This document shows, one piece after another, positions 26,920 to 35,583 of a stretch of DNA of 64,000 nucleotides. Origin of the DNA: Candidatus Doudnabacteria bacterium (lineage in GTDB: Bacteria; Patescibacteriota; Doudnabacteria; UBA920; 2-01-FULL-46-14); contig JBGQGB010000004.1 in the NCBI GenBank assembly GCA_041497195.1, positions 1,770 through 65,769 on the forward strand, read 5' to 3'. Under the pieces are notes generated by a model. That model was not told where the DNA came from. It made no database searches and saw only the letters and a list, made by a program, of their open reading frames with translations. A program made the position numbers and the translations under genes. Position 1 is the stretch's first letter. Every line of letters starts with the position of its first letter.

Positions 26920-28731
26920 ATGGCCGAAAATCCGCAACCAAAAAAGCCCACGAAAAAAAATTCCGCCCATCAACTGCTGGAGGCAGAACGGGCTTTTCGC
27001 AAAGGCCTGACTTCGGTCAAAGATCTGATTGCCCCTTCGGCTGTGAGGATTGAGGCGTCCTATCTGCAAATTTCCGGCAAATTTGCCCGGACGTTTTTCA
27101 TTTTGACCTACCCGCGCTACCTCTCGAGTAATTGGCTAGATCCGATCATCAACCTGGATGTGCCCATGGATGTGTCGTTTTTTGCCTACCCGATGGAGTC
27201 AGACCAAGTCATGAAAAAACTGCGTGACAAGGTCGGCCAGCTGCAGGCGTCCATCGCGATCAACGAGGACAAAGGCGAGGTCCGCGACCCAATGCTGGAA
27301 ACGGCTTATCACGACGTGGAAGAACTGCGCGACAAATTGCAGCAAGGTACTGAGCGATATTTCCGATTTTCGCTGTATTTCACGATTTACGCCACCGATC
27401 CGGTCAGCTTGGACAAAATTTCCTCGAACATTGAGTCAATGCTCTCGTCCAAACTGGTCGTGGCCAAGCCCGCGATTCTGCAGGCTGAGGCCGGATTCAA
27501 TTCCACTCTGCCCTTGGGAGATGACGAGCTGGCTATTTCCACCAACATGAATACCGGGCCGTTGTCCACGACGTTTCCTTTCGTGTCGTCGGAACTGACG
27601 AGCAATGACGGCATCTTGTACGGGATCAATCGGCACAACAACAGTCTGATTTTATTCGACCGGTTTCAGATGGAAAACGCCAACTCCGTGGTGTTTGCCA
27701 AATCCGGTTCCGGGAAATCCTACGCCGTCAAGCTGGAGATTTTGCGGTCGTTGATGCTGGGGGTGGATGCGATCGTGATTGACCCGGAAAACGAATACAA
27801 ACATTTGACCGAAGCGGTCGGCGGCGCTTTTCTCAACGTTTCTCTCAATTCGCAGTCGCGCATCAATCCGTTTGATTTGCCCAAAGCCATCGAGGGTGAG
27901 GCGCCGGAGGACGTACTGCGTTCTGCGGTGATCAACCTCATGGGACTGATGAACTTGATGCTGGGCAAGCTCGACCCGACCGAGGAAGCGATCATGGACC
28001 GGGCTTTGTGGGAAACTTACGCGACGCGCGATATCACGCCGCAGGTGGATTTTACCAACGCAGAGATGCCCACCATGGCCGAACTGGTGAACGTGCTCGG
28101 CGGCATCGCCGGGGGCGAGAGTCTGGCGCAGCGATTGACCAAATATACGGAAGGGACGTTTTCCGGGATTTTCAACCAGCCGACGAATATCAATTTGGAC
28201 AACCAACTGGTCGTGTTTTCGGTGCGGGATTTGGAGGATTCCCTGCGGTCCATCGCTATTTATGTCATTTTGACGTTTATCTGGAATGAGGTCCGCTCGA
28301 TTTTGAAAAGGCGGATTTTGGTCATTGACGAAGCCTGGTGGATGATGCAGCACGAGGATTCGGCCAGATTTTTGTATGGCATCGCCAAGCGGGCCCGCAA
28401 ATACTATTTGGGGGTCACCACCATCAGCCAGGATGTCCAGGATTTTTTGCAAAGCCCGTACGGCAAGCCAGTGGTGACCAACTCGTCCATTCAGCTCCTG
28501 ATGAAGCAGTCGCCCACAGCGATTGACATCGTGGCCGAAACTTTTTATCTGACTGAGGGCGAAAAATATCTCTTGCTGGAGTCTGAGGTGGGGGAAGGGA
28601 TATTTTTTGCCGGGCTCAAGCATGTCGCTATCCGAGTGGTGGCCTCGTACACCGAGGATCAGATTATCACCACTGATCCGCGGCAGCGCATCGAAATTGA
28701 GAAAGCCAAAGAACAGCTGGGAGGGACCTAA
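26920..28731 (+). CDS. virB4: VirB4-like type IV secretion ATPase
   Basis: Walker A AKSGSGKS, IDPENEY, INPFD, Walker B LVIDEAW, RARKY, SQDV.DF. Confidence 0.92.
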   Translation: MAENPQPKKPTKKNSAHQLLEAERAFRKGLTSVKDLIAPSAVRIEASYLQISGKFARTFFILTYPRYLSSNWLDPIINLDVPMDVSFFAYPMESDQVMKKLRDKVGQLQASIAINEDKGEVRDPMLETAYHDVEELRDKLQQGTERYFRFSLYFTIYATDPVSLDKISSNIESMLSSKLVVAKPAILQAEAGFNSTLPLGDDELAISTNMNTGPLSTTFPFVSSELTSNDGILYGINRHNNSLILFDRFQMENANSVVFAKSGSGKSYAVKLEILRSLMLGVDAIVIDPENEYKHLTEAVGGAFLNVSLNSQSRINPFDLPKAIEGEAPEDVLRSAVINLMGLMNLMLGKLDPTEEAIMDRALWETYATRDITPQVDFTNAEMPTMAELVNVLGGIAGGESLAQRLTKYTEGTFSGIFNQPTNINLDNQLVVFSVRDLEDSLRSIAIYVILTFIWNEVRSILKRRILVIDEAWWMMQHEDSARFLYGIAKRARKYYLGVTTISQDVQDFLQSPYGKPVVTNSSIQLLMKQSPTAIDIVAETFYLTEGEKYLLLESEVGEGIFFAGLKHVAIRVVASYTEDQIITTDPRQRIEIEKAKEQLGGT

Positions 28732-28734
28732 CCT

Positions 28735-29727
28735 ATGCCAGTCTTGGAAGACGAAGAAATTGACAATGATGTAGGGGATGACAGGAGAGCGCGTTCCTAC
28801 CGAGAAGAACAGCAAAAAAAAGCCCAGCTGCAGCAGCAACGACAGGAGGAAGAATTGAGGCGGCAGGAAGAACTGCAGATGCGGCAAGCCCAAGACCGCC
28901 AGAGAAAGCAGCAAGCCGCCAAAGATCTGCAAAGACGAGTGGCCATCAAAGCGCTCGAAGGAAACGAGGCTGGAGCAGTTGAAGAGTTGGCCAAACATCC
29001 GGGCACCGCGGCAAAAGTCGCCGGGAAAAAAATAGTTCGACAGGCCTTGCTGGCCCTGCTCGAATGGGCCTTGCCATTTCTATTGATTGTTTTGGGGATA
29101 ATTTTGGTGGTCGTGATCGTGATTGTGGTGGCAGTTTATGAGTGCAACTCGACCTCCTGGCATGGCCGCCTGGCGCAAGTCAGTTCTACGGTCGTGGGAT
29201 TTTTTGGAGGCCCTGATTTTTGCGCATATTTCAAAGATTTCAAAGGCGTCGGGACTTTCATTGACCAAGCCCAGATTCCGTCGCCAGGAGGCCCCGGGGG
29301 TGGGCGGTGTGTACCAGTCACGTCCGGCCCAGCCACGGTAGCAAATTTGAGTCAGACTTGTTTTGGTGCCAACGCCCAGCAAGCTTCCAGTATCGCTAAC
29401 GTGGAAAGTGGCGGCAACCCCCTTGCCCATGGTGACCAATGTGCAGATGGAAGTTACGCTTCGTGGGGCCTATTTCAAATCAACATAAGCGCAAATAGCA
29501 TTGCGGGGCTTGATTGTCCAAGTGCATTCGACAAGCCGGCAAATTCCGCCAGTCTCATTGACCCAGTCGCAAATATTTACGATTGTCATGTCGTTAATCC
29601 TGCTCTCTACAGCGCCTGCGTTTCAGCTGCCCGTGATCCGGCAACCAATATTCAAGCGGCTTGCCAAATTTCCAGTAATGGGACGAACTGGCGACCCTGG
29701 GGAGCAAACTCGATTTGTAATTTTTAA
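28735..29727 (+). CDS. Membrane-anchored lytic transglycosylase (SLT/lysozyme-like), Cys-rich
   Basis: Charged coiled coil, TM, IANVESGGNP (catalytic Glu), SWGLFQIN, NI.AA, W.PW. Confidence 0.82.
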   Translation: MPVLEDEEIDNDVGDDRRARSYREEQQKKAQLQQQRQEEELRRQEELQMRQAQDRQRKQQAAKDLQRRVAIKALEGNEAGAVEELAKHPGTAAKVAGKKIVRQALLALLEWALPFLLIVLGIILVVVIVIVVAVYECNSTSWHGRLAQVSSTVVGFFGGPDFCAYFKDFKGVGTFIDQAQIPSPGGPGGGRCVPVTSGPATVANLSQTCFGANAQQASSIANVESGGNPLAHGDQCADGSYASWGLFQINISANSIAGLDCPSAFDKPANSASLIDPVANIYDCHVVNPALYSACVSAARDPATNIQAACQISSNGTNWRPWGANSICNF

Positions 29728-29738
29728 AAACTTGAATT

Positions 29739-30212
29739 ATGTCCACTAGGTTAAAAATATTTCTGATAATTGGCGCAATCATCATCCTGACGGGTTTAGT
29801 TTGGTTTTTTGTTTTTTCACATCCGCAGAATCCTGCCAATAACCAGATACAGAATAATAATCCCTCCCAGGGAAACGGTACACAAACGCTGAATATTTCT
29901 ACCCCTCAGGGGATAGTGCCTGTGAGAGATTTTACGAAACAACCGGTGGAGGCAGTCGCGGGGACTATGGCTCTCGCCGAAACGAAAGATTATCAGATTA
30001 TTTATTTTACGCAAGATCGGTCATTTGAAATCACTTTGCTTTCACGGCCGATCGCGCAAGCGCAGCAATTAGCAGAAAGCGCCTTTTTGAATCTCCTTGG
30101 AGTGTCACAAGCCGGTGCCTGCAAATTGAACGTTCGTGTCTCAGTGCCCTACAGGCTAGATCCCGCCGCGGCAGGTGGAAACCAGGGTTTGAGTTTTTGT
30201 ATCGGCCAGTAA
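29739..30212 (+). CDS. Hypothetical membrane-anchored protein
   Basis: TM helix; AE..FL..LG.....AC.L...LSFC pattern. Confidence 0.75.
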   Translation: MSTRLKIFLIIGAIIILTGLVWFFVFSHPQNPANNQIQNNNPSQGNGTQTLNISTPQGIVPVRDFTKQPVEAVAGTMALAETKDYQIIYFTQDRSFEITLLSRPIAQAQQLAESAFLNLLGVSQAGACKLNVRVSVPYRLDPAAAGGNQGLSFCIGQ

Positions 30213-30275
30213 AACAGGAAAGTCTCGAAACCTTGCATTGACAACAGATCAACTAAAAGTCAGAAGAAACTTTAA

Positions 30276-31310
30276 ATGCGAAATAGAATTTTATTGATAA
30301 TTTTGGCGCTTCTGGTAGTCGGTATTGTCGTATTTTTTTCCGTAAAAAAGTTTGGCCATCATCAGTCGCCAGTAGTACCTGTTGCCAAAGTCCCAGTATC
30401 GCCGCTAAAGTCCTTGGTCAGCGAACTGGTCATTTCCCCGATCCTGTCTTTTGACGGGCAAAAGGTCTGGTTTATGACCGCTGACGGAAAAATGTTCCGG
30501 AAAAATATTGATGGCACCACTGACAAAGAGGAGTATGTCTTGCCGCAAAAATTTCAGGATGCGACTTCGGTGATCTGGCCGGACCAAGGAGGAAATTTTA
30601 TTGTCGTGGAGAACCTCAGCGGCCATACCAGATACAATTTTTTTGACTCATTTGCCAAAGCCTTTACGCAATATCCGGAATTTGTGCGCGATCCCCGTTT
30701 TTTGCCAGGCGGCAGCAAGATTGTCTATGATTGGACCGCTACTTCCACCCAGGATGATCTGAAAATTTCCGACTCGAACGGGAGCAATTTTTCCAAAGTC
30801 ACCACTCTCTTGCGCTCGGATTACGAATTTGTCCCGTCTCCGGCAAAACAAGAGATGGTAGCTTTTACCAAAGATATGACTGACCCGACTCCGCTGTTTA
30901 TCGTGGATTTGTTCACTGGCAAATTCCGCGCCATCACTGCAAAAGCGCCCTATCAGGGTGTGAGTTTTTCACCGGATGGGAACCAGTTGTTGATTGCCAG
31001 AATGTCGGCCAAAGCAGGGGCTGACCCGAGTCTGGAGCTTGTTGATTTGCTCACGAACAAAGCCTTTGACCTTGGGCTGGCAGCGCCGATTGAACAAACT
31101 GCGTGGAGGAAAGACAGCCAGTCGATATATATCGGTACGAGTGGAAGTATCACAAAATTTGACGTGGCTACTCAGCAGAAGAGCGAAGCGTACAAATTCG
31201 CGGACACGGAAAAATATCAGCCCACGAATTTGTTCGCTCATCCGCAGCTGTCGGTTCTGTTTTTTGTGGATCAAAAAACCGGCTTTCTCTATCGGTTGGA
31301 TTTGAAATAA
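30276..31310 (+). CDS. TolB-like beta-propeller protein, membrane-anchored
   Basis: TM helix; FSPDG/W.PD-type blade repeats. Confidence 0.8.
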   Translation: MRNRILLIILALLVVGIVVFFSVKKFGHHQSPVVPVAKVPVSPLKSLVSELVISPILSFDGQKVWFMTADGKMFRKNIDGTTDKEEYVLPQKFQDATSVIWPDQGGNFIVVENLSGHTRYNFFDSFAKAFTQYPEFVRDPRFLPGGSKIVYDWTATSTQDDLKISDSNGSNFSKVTTLLRSDYEFVPSPAKQEMVAFTKDMTDPTPLFIVDLFTGKFRAITAKAPYQGVSFSPDGNQLLIARMSAKAGADPSLELVDLLTNKAFDLGLAAPIEQTAWRKDSQSIYIGTSGSITKFDVATQQKSEAYKFADTEKYQPTNLFAHPQLSVLFFVDQKTGFLYRLDLK

Positions 31311-31501
31311 ATAGTGGAAACAAAAAAATACGGGAGCTAGGCTCTTTCCAGAGAATGAACTGCTTCATCCAAAGGATTGAGTCTAGCCCCCGCGGTTTGC
31401 CGGGGCTATCTTTTGGGCGTCCGGCGCTGGGGAACTCTGTAGGGTCAGCATTCCTGATCAGATAATCCTGTTGCGCCCAGGATCAGGAATGATGACACCT
31501 A

Positions 31502-31873
31502 TTACGAAAGTGTCCTGGCTGTGTTTCTTGCGAGTTTGGTCAGGATTTCCAATTTCTGCGGGTCCACGGCCATGACCCGCATCCTGGATACTCGACATGT
31601 GAACCGTTCTGGACCTTTGGCCTCGGGTTTACCGACCCACATCAGTGGTTCTCCCGGTCTCGGCGGTAGTTCGATGCCGTAAACCTGAGCGCCAGAGTGA
31701 AGGGTGGTGGGCAAGCCGGGACAGAGTTTTGCCTCCCCGTTAAGGTGAATTGGGAATTGCAAGTGATCCGGTGCCACAAAAATCGTGTGGGCCGACCGTT
31801 GAATCGGGTGGACAAACTTTACGACCTCAAGCTTCAGATGAGTTGGATTCATCTGAACACTTCTTTTTTTCAT
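31502..31873 (-). CDS. Hypothetical protein
   Basis: 123-aa ORF with AGGAG upstream, its own promoter and downstream hairpins. Confidence 0.55.
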   Translation of the reverse strand: MKKRSVQMNPTHLKLEVVKFVHPIQRSAHTIFVAPDHLQFPIHLNGEAKLCPGLPTTLHSGAQVYGIELPPRPGEPLMWVGKPEAKGPERFTCRVSRMRVMAVDPQKLEILTKLARNTARTLS

Positions 31874-32055
31874 CCCCAGTCTCCTAGTACTAGATTTGGT
31901 TCAAGTTTCCTCCTTGGATCGCCGCTTTGTTGGGGGGGGGGGATTTTAAGGTCTCCGACCTCAGCCATTCCACGAGCGCCATTTCAGTGGTTTGGCAAGG
32001 CTTACCGCAGGTAACCTTGAGGGAAAAAGATAGAGGTGGGGCGGCTATTACGCCT

Positions 32056-32084
32056 AGTTTATTCTCACCAAATTGGTCTGTCAA
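32056..32084 (-). promoter_or_regulatory. Sigma70 promoter TTGACA-N17-TAAACT
   Basis: Read directly on the minus strand just downstream of the recG stop. Confidence 0.7.
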
Positions 32085-32116
32085 ATCTCCGAAGGTCCAG
32101 GTTAGAAGGGTGGAAT

Positions 32117-34192
32117 TTATTCCAAATGCGCATTGCGGGCGAGGGCTTCGACTTTTTCTTTCAGCAGTAGCGAGATTTTTAATTTTGGGTCTGCGTCCAG
32201 GAGTCGTTCAGCCTGAGCTTTGGCTTCTTTGATCAATTTGCCGTCTGAAAGTTTTGCGATTTTGAAAGGGACGAAGCCTGACTGCCGCAGCCCGATGATT
32301 TCCCCGGGGCCCCGCAGTTCCAGGTCCTTTTCCGCCAATGCAAAGCCGTCATTAGAAGCCACAACCGCCTCCAGCCGCTGGCGGGTCGTTTCGCCGGCAT
32401 TTTCCGTGAATAACAGGCAAAAGGACTGAGCGGTACCTCGGCCGACCCGGCCGCGCAGCTGGTGGAGTTGGGCAAGCCCAAAGCGCTCGGCGTTTTCGAT
32501 GATCATAATAGCCGCATTAGGCACATCCACGCCGACCTCGATGACAGTGGTGGTGACGAGGATTTGCAGGCGGTTCGCCTTGAAGTTTTCCATGACTTGT
32601 TTTTTTTCTTCGCCCTTCATCTGGCCATGCAGCAGGCCGATGGCAAATTCCGGAAAGATTTCTGTTTTGAGGCGCTGCATTTCCGCGATCGCAGATTTGT
32701 TACCCAAGGTTTCCCCCTCTTCGATTAGAGGAGTGACGACGTAAGCCTGTTTGCCAGCTGCCAAGTGTTTGCGCACAAATTCGTAGGCCACCTGCCGTTT
32801 GTCCGGCTCGACCAGGCGAGTGATGATTTTTTTCCGGCCAGCCGGCAACTGCCTCAGTTGGGAAATATCCAAGTCACCGTAAAAAGCCAGCGCGAGAGTG
32901 CGCGGAATCGGCGTGGCAGTCATGGATAAGAGATGGGGAACCAAATCTCTGCTGTTTTGCAGTTGGCTCCTCTGCTCGACGCCAAAACGGTGCTGCTCAT
33001 CTACTACCAGCAGGCCGATTTTTTTGAAATTTACCCTCTCTTGTAAAAGTGCGTGGGTTCCGATGATGATGCGGATTTGCCCGTTTCCGATATCTTCCAG
33101 ATCGCCGATTTTGTGGCTACGGGTCAGCAGAGCTATGCTCAGACCCGTTCCCACCAACAGCTTTTCCAGGGTTTGGTAGTGCTGCCAGGCCAGGATCTCA
33201 GTAGGGGCGAGGAGGACTGACTGCCAGCCGGCGTTGGCCGTGGCGAGCATGACCAAGCCGGCAACCACGGTTTTGCCAGAGCCGACCTCTCCCTCCAGGA
33301 GCCGGTTCATGGGGTGCGGGTTGTCCAGGTCCTTCAGGATTTCCCAGGCCGCCAGCCTTTGGGAATTGGTCAGCTGGAAAGGCAGCTGCTCGACAAAGTT
33401 TTTGATGAGCTTGGTATCAAATGGGATGCGGGGAGCGGGCAGGGCTTTCAGTTTTCGCTTGAAAGCCTGTAAGGCCAGCTGGAACAAAAACAATTCGTCA
33501 AAAGCCAGCCGCTTGCGCGCAGTTTTCAGCAGCTCTAGATTTTTGGGAAAATGGATGTCGGTCAGTGCGGTCTTGAGGTCCGCGAGCTCGAGCGTTTGTC
33601 GCAAGGCCGGCGGGAGATGATCTGGGATATTTTGCAGAATCGTCAAACAGTTTTTGAGCCAGTAGCGGAGCTGCTTCTGAGTCAATCCCTCGGTCAAATC
33701 ATAGACCGGGATGATGCCGGCGGTGTGAATCGTGTCTGCTTTGACCAGTTCAAAAGCAGGATTGGCCAGTTGCAGGGTCGCCGCTGATTTCGTGGCGATC
33801 ATCGCCTTGGGCTGTGTATTGCGTGCAGAATACAGCTGAGCCTTGCCGCTGAAATAGTACTCCCGCCCCTCGTGCAGGGTATTTTGGAGATATGGCTGGT
33901 TGAACCACACTGCGGGTACAGTCCCGGTATGGTCTTGAAGCAGTGCCTGCGTCAGGTGCAGGTGCCGTTTCGGTGTGCGGTGGGCACTAAGCTTTTTGAC
34001 CGTAGCTTTAAGATTGATGAGCTCGTTTGGCTTGATGTCGGAAATCGTTCTGACGTCGCTGAGGTCTTGCCAATCGCGGGGGAAGTAATAAAGCAGATCC
34101 GCAAAGGTTGTGATACCCAAGTGATGCAAAGCTTGCTCGTTTTTCGGGCCGACCAAGCGGAGTTTGGATATGGGATCAGTCAGGTAAAACAT
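32117..34192 (-). CDS. recG: ATP-dependent DNA helicase RecG
   Basis: Wedge OB domain, RLAFDEL, MNRLLEGEVGSGKT, DEQHRFGV, MTATPIPRT, QLRGRVGRG. Confidence 0.97.
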   Translation of the reverse strand: MFYLTDPISKLRLVGPKNEQALHHLGITTFADLLYYFPRDWQDLSDVRTISDIKPNELINLKATVKKLSAHRTPKRHLHLTQALLQDHTGTVPAVWFNQPYLQNTLHEGREYYFSGKAQLYSARNTQPKAMIATKSAATLQLANPAFELVKADTIHTAGIIPVYDLTEGLTQKQLRYWLKNCLTILQNIPDHLPPALRQTLELADLKTALTDIHFPKNLELLKTARKRLAFDELFLFQLALQAFKRKLKALPAPRIPFDTKLIKNFVEQLPFQLTNSQRLAAWEILKDLDNPHPMNRLLEGEVGSGKTVVAGLVMLATANAGWQSVLLAPTEILAWQHYQTLEKLLVGTGLSIALLTRSHKIGDLEDIGNGQIRIIIGTHALLQERVNFKKIGLLVVDEQHRFGVEQRSQLQNSRDLVPHLLSMTATPIPRTLALAFYGDLDISQLRQLPAGRKKIITRLVEPDKRQVAYEFVRKHLAAGKQAYVVTPLIEEGETLGNKSAIAEMQRLKTEIFPEFAIGLLHGQMKGEEKKQVMENFKANRLQILVTTTVIEVGVDVPNAAIMIIENAERFGLAQLHQLRGRVGRGTAQSFCLLFTENAGETTRQRLEAVVASNDGFALAEKDLELRGPGEIIGLRQSGFVPFKIAKLSDGKLIKEAKAQAERLLDADPKLKISLLLKEKVEALARNAHLE

Positions 34193-34263
34193 AAAAATTT
34201 TTGCCAGAGTGCAAAAATTTCATTTAAAAAATTATGGGATTGAAATGATAGTGTGGAAAATTT

Positions 34264-34339
34264 TGGTGCGCCCGGCAGGATTTGAACCTGCGACCCCCAG
34301 CTCCGCAAGCTGATGCTCTATCCACTGAGCTACGGGCGC
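34264..34339 (-). tRNA. tRNA-Arg(GCG)
   Basis: GCGCCCG/CGGGCGC acceptor, D loop AGTGGATA, anticodon loop TTGCGGA, GGTTCAAATCC T arm, encoded CCA. Confidence 0.95.
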
Positions 34340-34510
34340 GCGGGTGATTCGGAATTTCAGTTTTCGCAATCCCGCGAGCGGGATTTCTGCAACTTCCGTT
34401 CGAATTCCCCTTTTTCCCAAAAAACGCCTAACGTTTTTTGGGAGCCCTTGAGGAACTCAAGCCGAAGAATCAAATCACGGACAGCTCTGAATGTTTGGGA
34501 TTAAAAAAAT

Positions 34511-34996
34511 TTAGAATTTCAAAGTCCGCGATACTATGTCTGAAAACTGTTCCCCCCGGTCCGCATCCTCCGGCAGAAACTCCAGCAAGAAACTGCGAAT
34601 CGTAGTCGGATCTTGGTCCATCAGCTGTACTGTCAGGAATCTATTAAATCTCGCCGTGGTCTCAAAATTGAGGGTTTTGACGTAGGGCGGATCATAGACT
34701 ATCCAGAAGGTTTTTATCTGCTGAAAGGGCAGGCGATACGTATTGAGTTTTACTCCTTGTGGGGAGATTTCCACATTGACAGTCTTGGGTGCCATATTGC
34801 CAAAGTAGAGGATGACGACGAAAAACAAAACCAACAAAGCGGTGGTGAGGAAATCCTTTTGGAAGGCAAAATAGGCAATCAGGCCGAGGCCGAGGATGGA
34901 AATCCCCACAATCCAAATTTTATTTTTTGGGTAGTGGATGAATTCTGGCGCTTCCCAAATGAGATGTGGTTTTGGTTTGATAGGCGAATCTGCCAT
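34511..34996 (-). CDS. Conserved hypothetical membrane protein (two TM helices plus PH-like domain)
   Basis: W.apEf....K...W, two TM helices, i..FWi.y. Confidence 0.8.
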   Translation of the reverse strand: MADSPIKPKPHLIWEAPEFIHYPKNKIWIVGISILGLGLIAYFAFQKDFLTTALLVLFFVVILYFGNMAPKTVNVEISPQGVKLNTYRLPFQQIKTFWIVYDPPYVKTLNFETTARFNRFLTVQLMDQDPTTIRSFLLEFLPEDADRGEQFSDIVSRTLKF

Positions 34997-35066
34997 GATT
35001 TGATTTTATCATAAGCATTGTTCAGAGGCCAGCCTTTTGATATAATTGCCCGTAGTTAAGCTTTTT

Positions 35067-35180
35067 GGTGGGGTCGCATAGTGGACGAGTAGCACCGGTC
35101 TTGTCCGCCTTCATAAAAATTAATAATTGCGGCGGATCTGCAACAGCTTGAAAACTTGGAAAGCGGAGGCGGAAAAACCT
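35067..35180 (+). pseudogene. Degenerate tRNA-Ser(UGA) 5' half with a palindromic insertion in the anticodon loop
   Basis: GGTGGGG-TC-GCATAGTGGACGAGTAGC-A-CCGGT-CTTG, then TCCGCC...GGCGGA insert, then CTTGAAAAC/AAAACC; promoter TTGTTC-N17-TATAAT upstream. Confidence 0.6.
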
Positions 35181-35184
35181 AGAT

Positions 35185-35274
35185 GGTGGGGTGGCCGAGT
35201 GGTTTAAGGCAGCAGTCTTGAAAACTGCCATACCTGAAAGGGTATCGCGAGTTCGAATCTCGCCCCCACCGCCA
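35185..35274 (+). tRNA. tRNA-Ser(TGA)
   Basis: GGTGGGG/CCCCACC-GCCA; anticodon arm GCAGT-CTTGAAA-ACTGC; long variable arm; GTTCGAATC. Confidence 0.96.
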
Positions 35275-35335
35275 GAAAGATTCAGCAGTAGCGCTACTCG
35301 ATTCTACTAAAAATTAAAAAGAAAGGGAATAGGAT

Positions 35336-35518
35336 ATGGCTAGAAAAGTTTCCGATTGCCGGGAGACCCCGAGTGAGAAAAATTGCTCATTGACGATTGC
35401 CGGAGAGGAAGGCGAGGTTTTGGATGCGGCTGTGATGCATGCCGTGGCTGCACACGGGCATCAAGACACGCCAGCGTTGCGGGCAGAACTGAAAGCCGGA
35501 CTCAAGGACGAAGCTTAA
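35336..35518 (+). CDS. DUF1059 family small metal-binding protein
   Basis: RK..DCR..PS...C.l.i.g.e.Ev..aa..Ha...HG. Confidence 0.85.
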   Translation: MARKVSDCRETPSEKNCSLTIAGEEGEVLDAAVMHAVAAHGHQDTPALRAELKAGLKDEA

Positions 35519-35540
35519 TCAATTTTTTTAGGCAAAATCA

Positions 35541-35570
35541 AAAACCCATCCGCACTCGCGGATGGGTTTT
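35541..35570. terminator. Bidirectional intrinsic terminator
   Basis: AAAACCCATCCGC-ACTC-GCGGATGGGTTTT. Confidence 0.9.
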
Positions 35571-35583
35571 GTTTATCAAAAGT

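Noticed and set aside
27652-28998. 448-aa antisense ORF
   Set aside because: Shadow of virB4 and the next gene on the opposite strand; no recognisable motifs; expected from codon bias.
16301-31310. Integrative conjugative element or prophage
   Set aside because: No integrase, relaxase, att repeats or phage structural genes seen; flanked by core genes.
35104-35173. Group I intron in the tRNA anticodon
   Set aside because: Only 45-70 nt, no P7 core, no U before the insert and no terminal G.
34232-35231. Short ORFs 34232..34420, 34313..34504 and 35022..35231
   Set aside because: They are translations of tRNA genes and their flanks.
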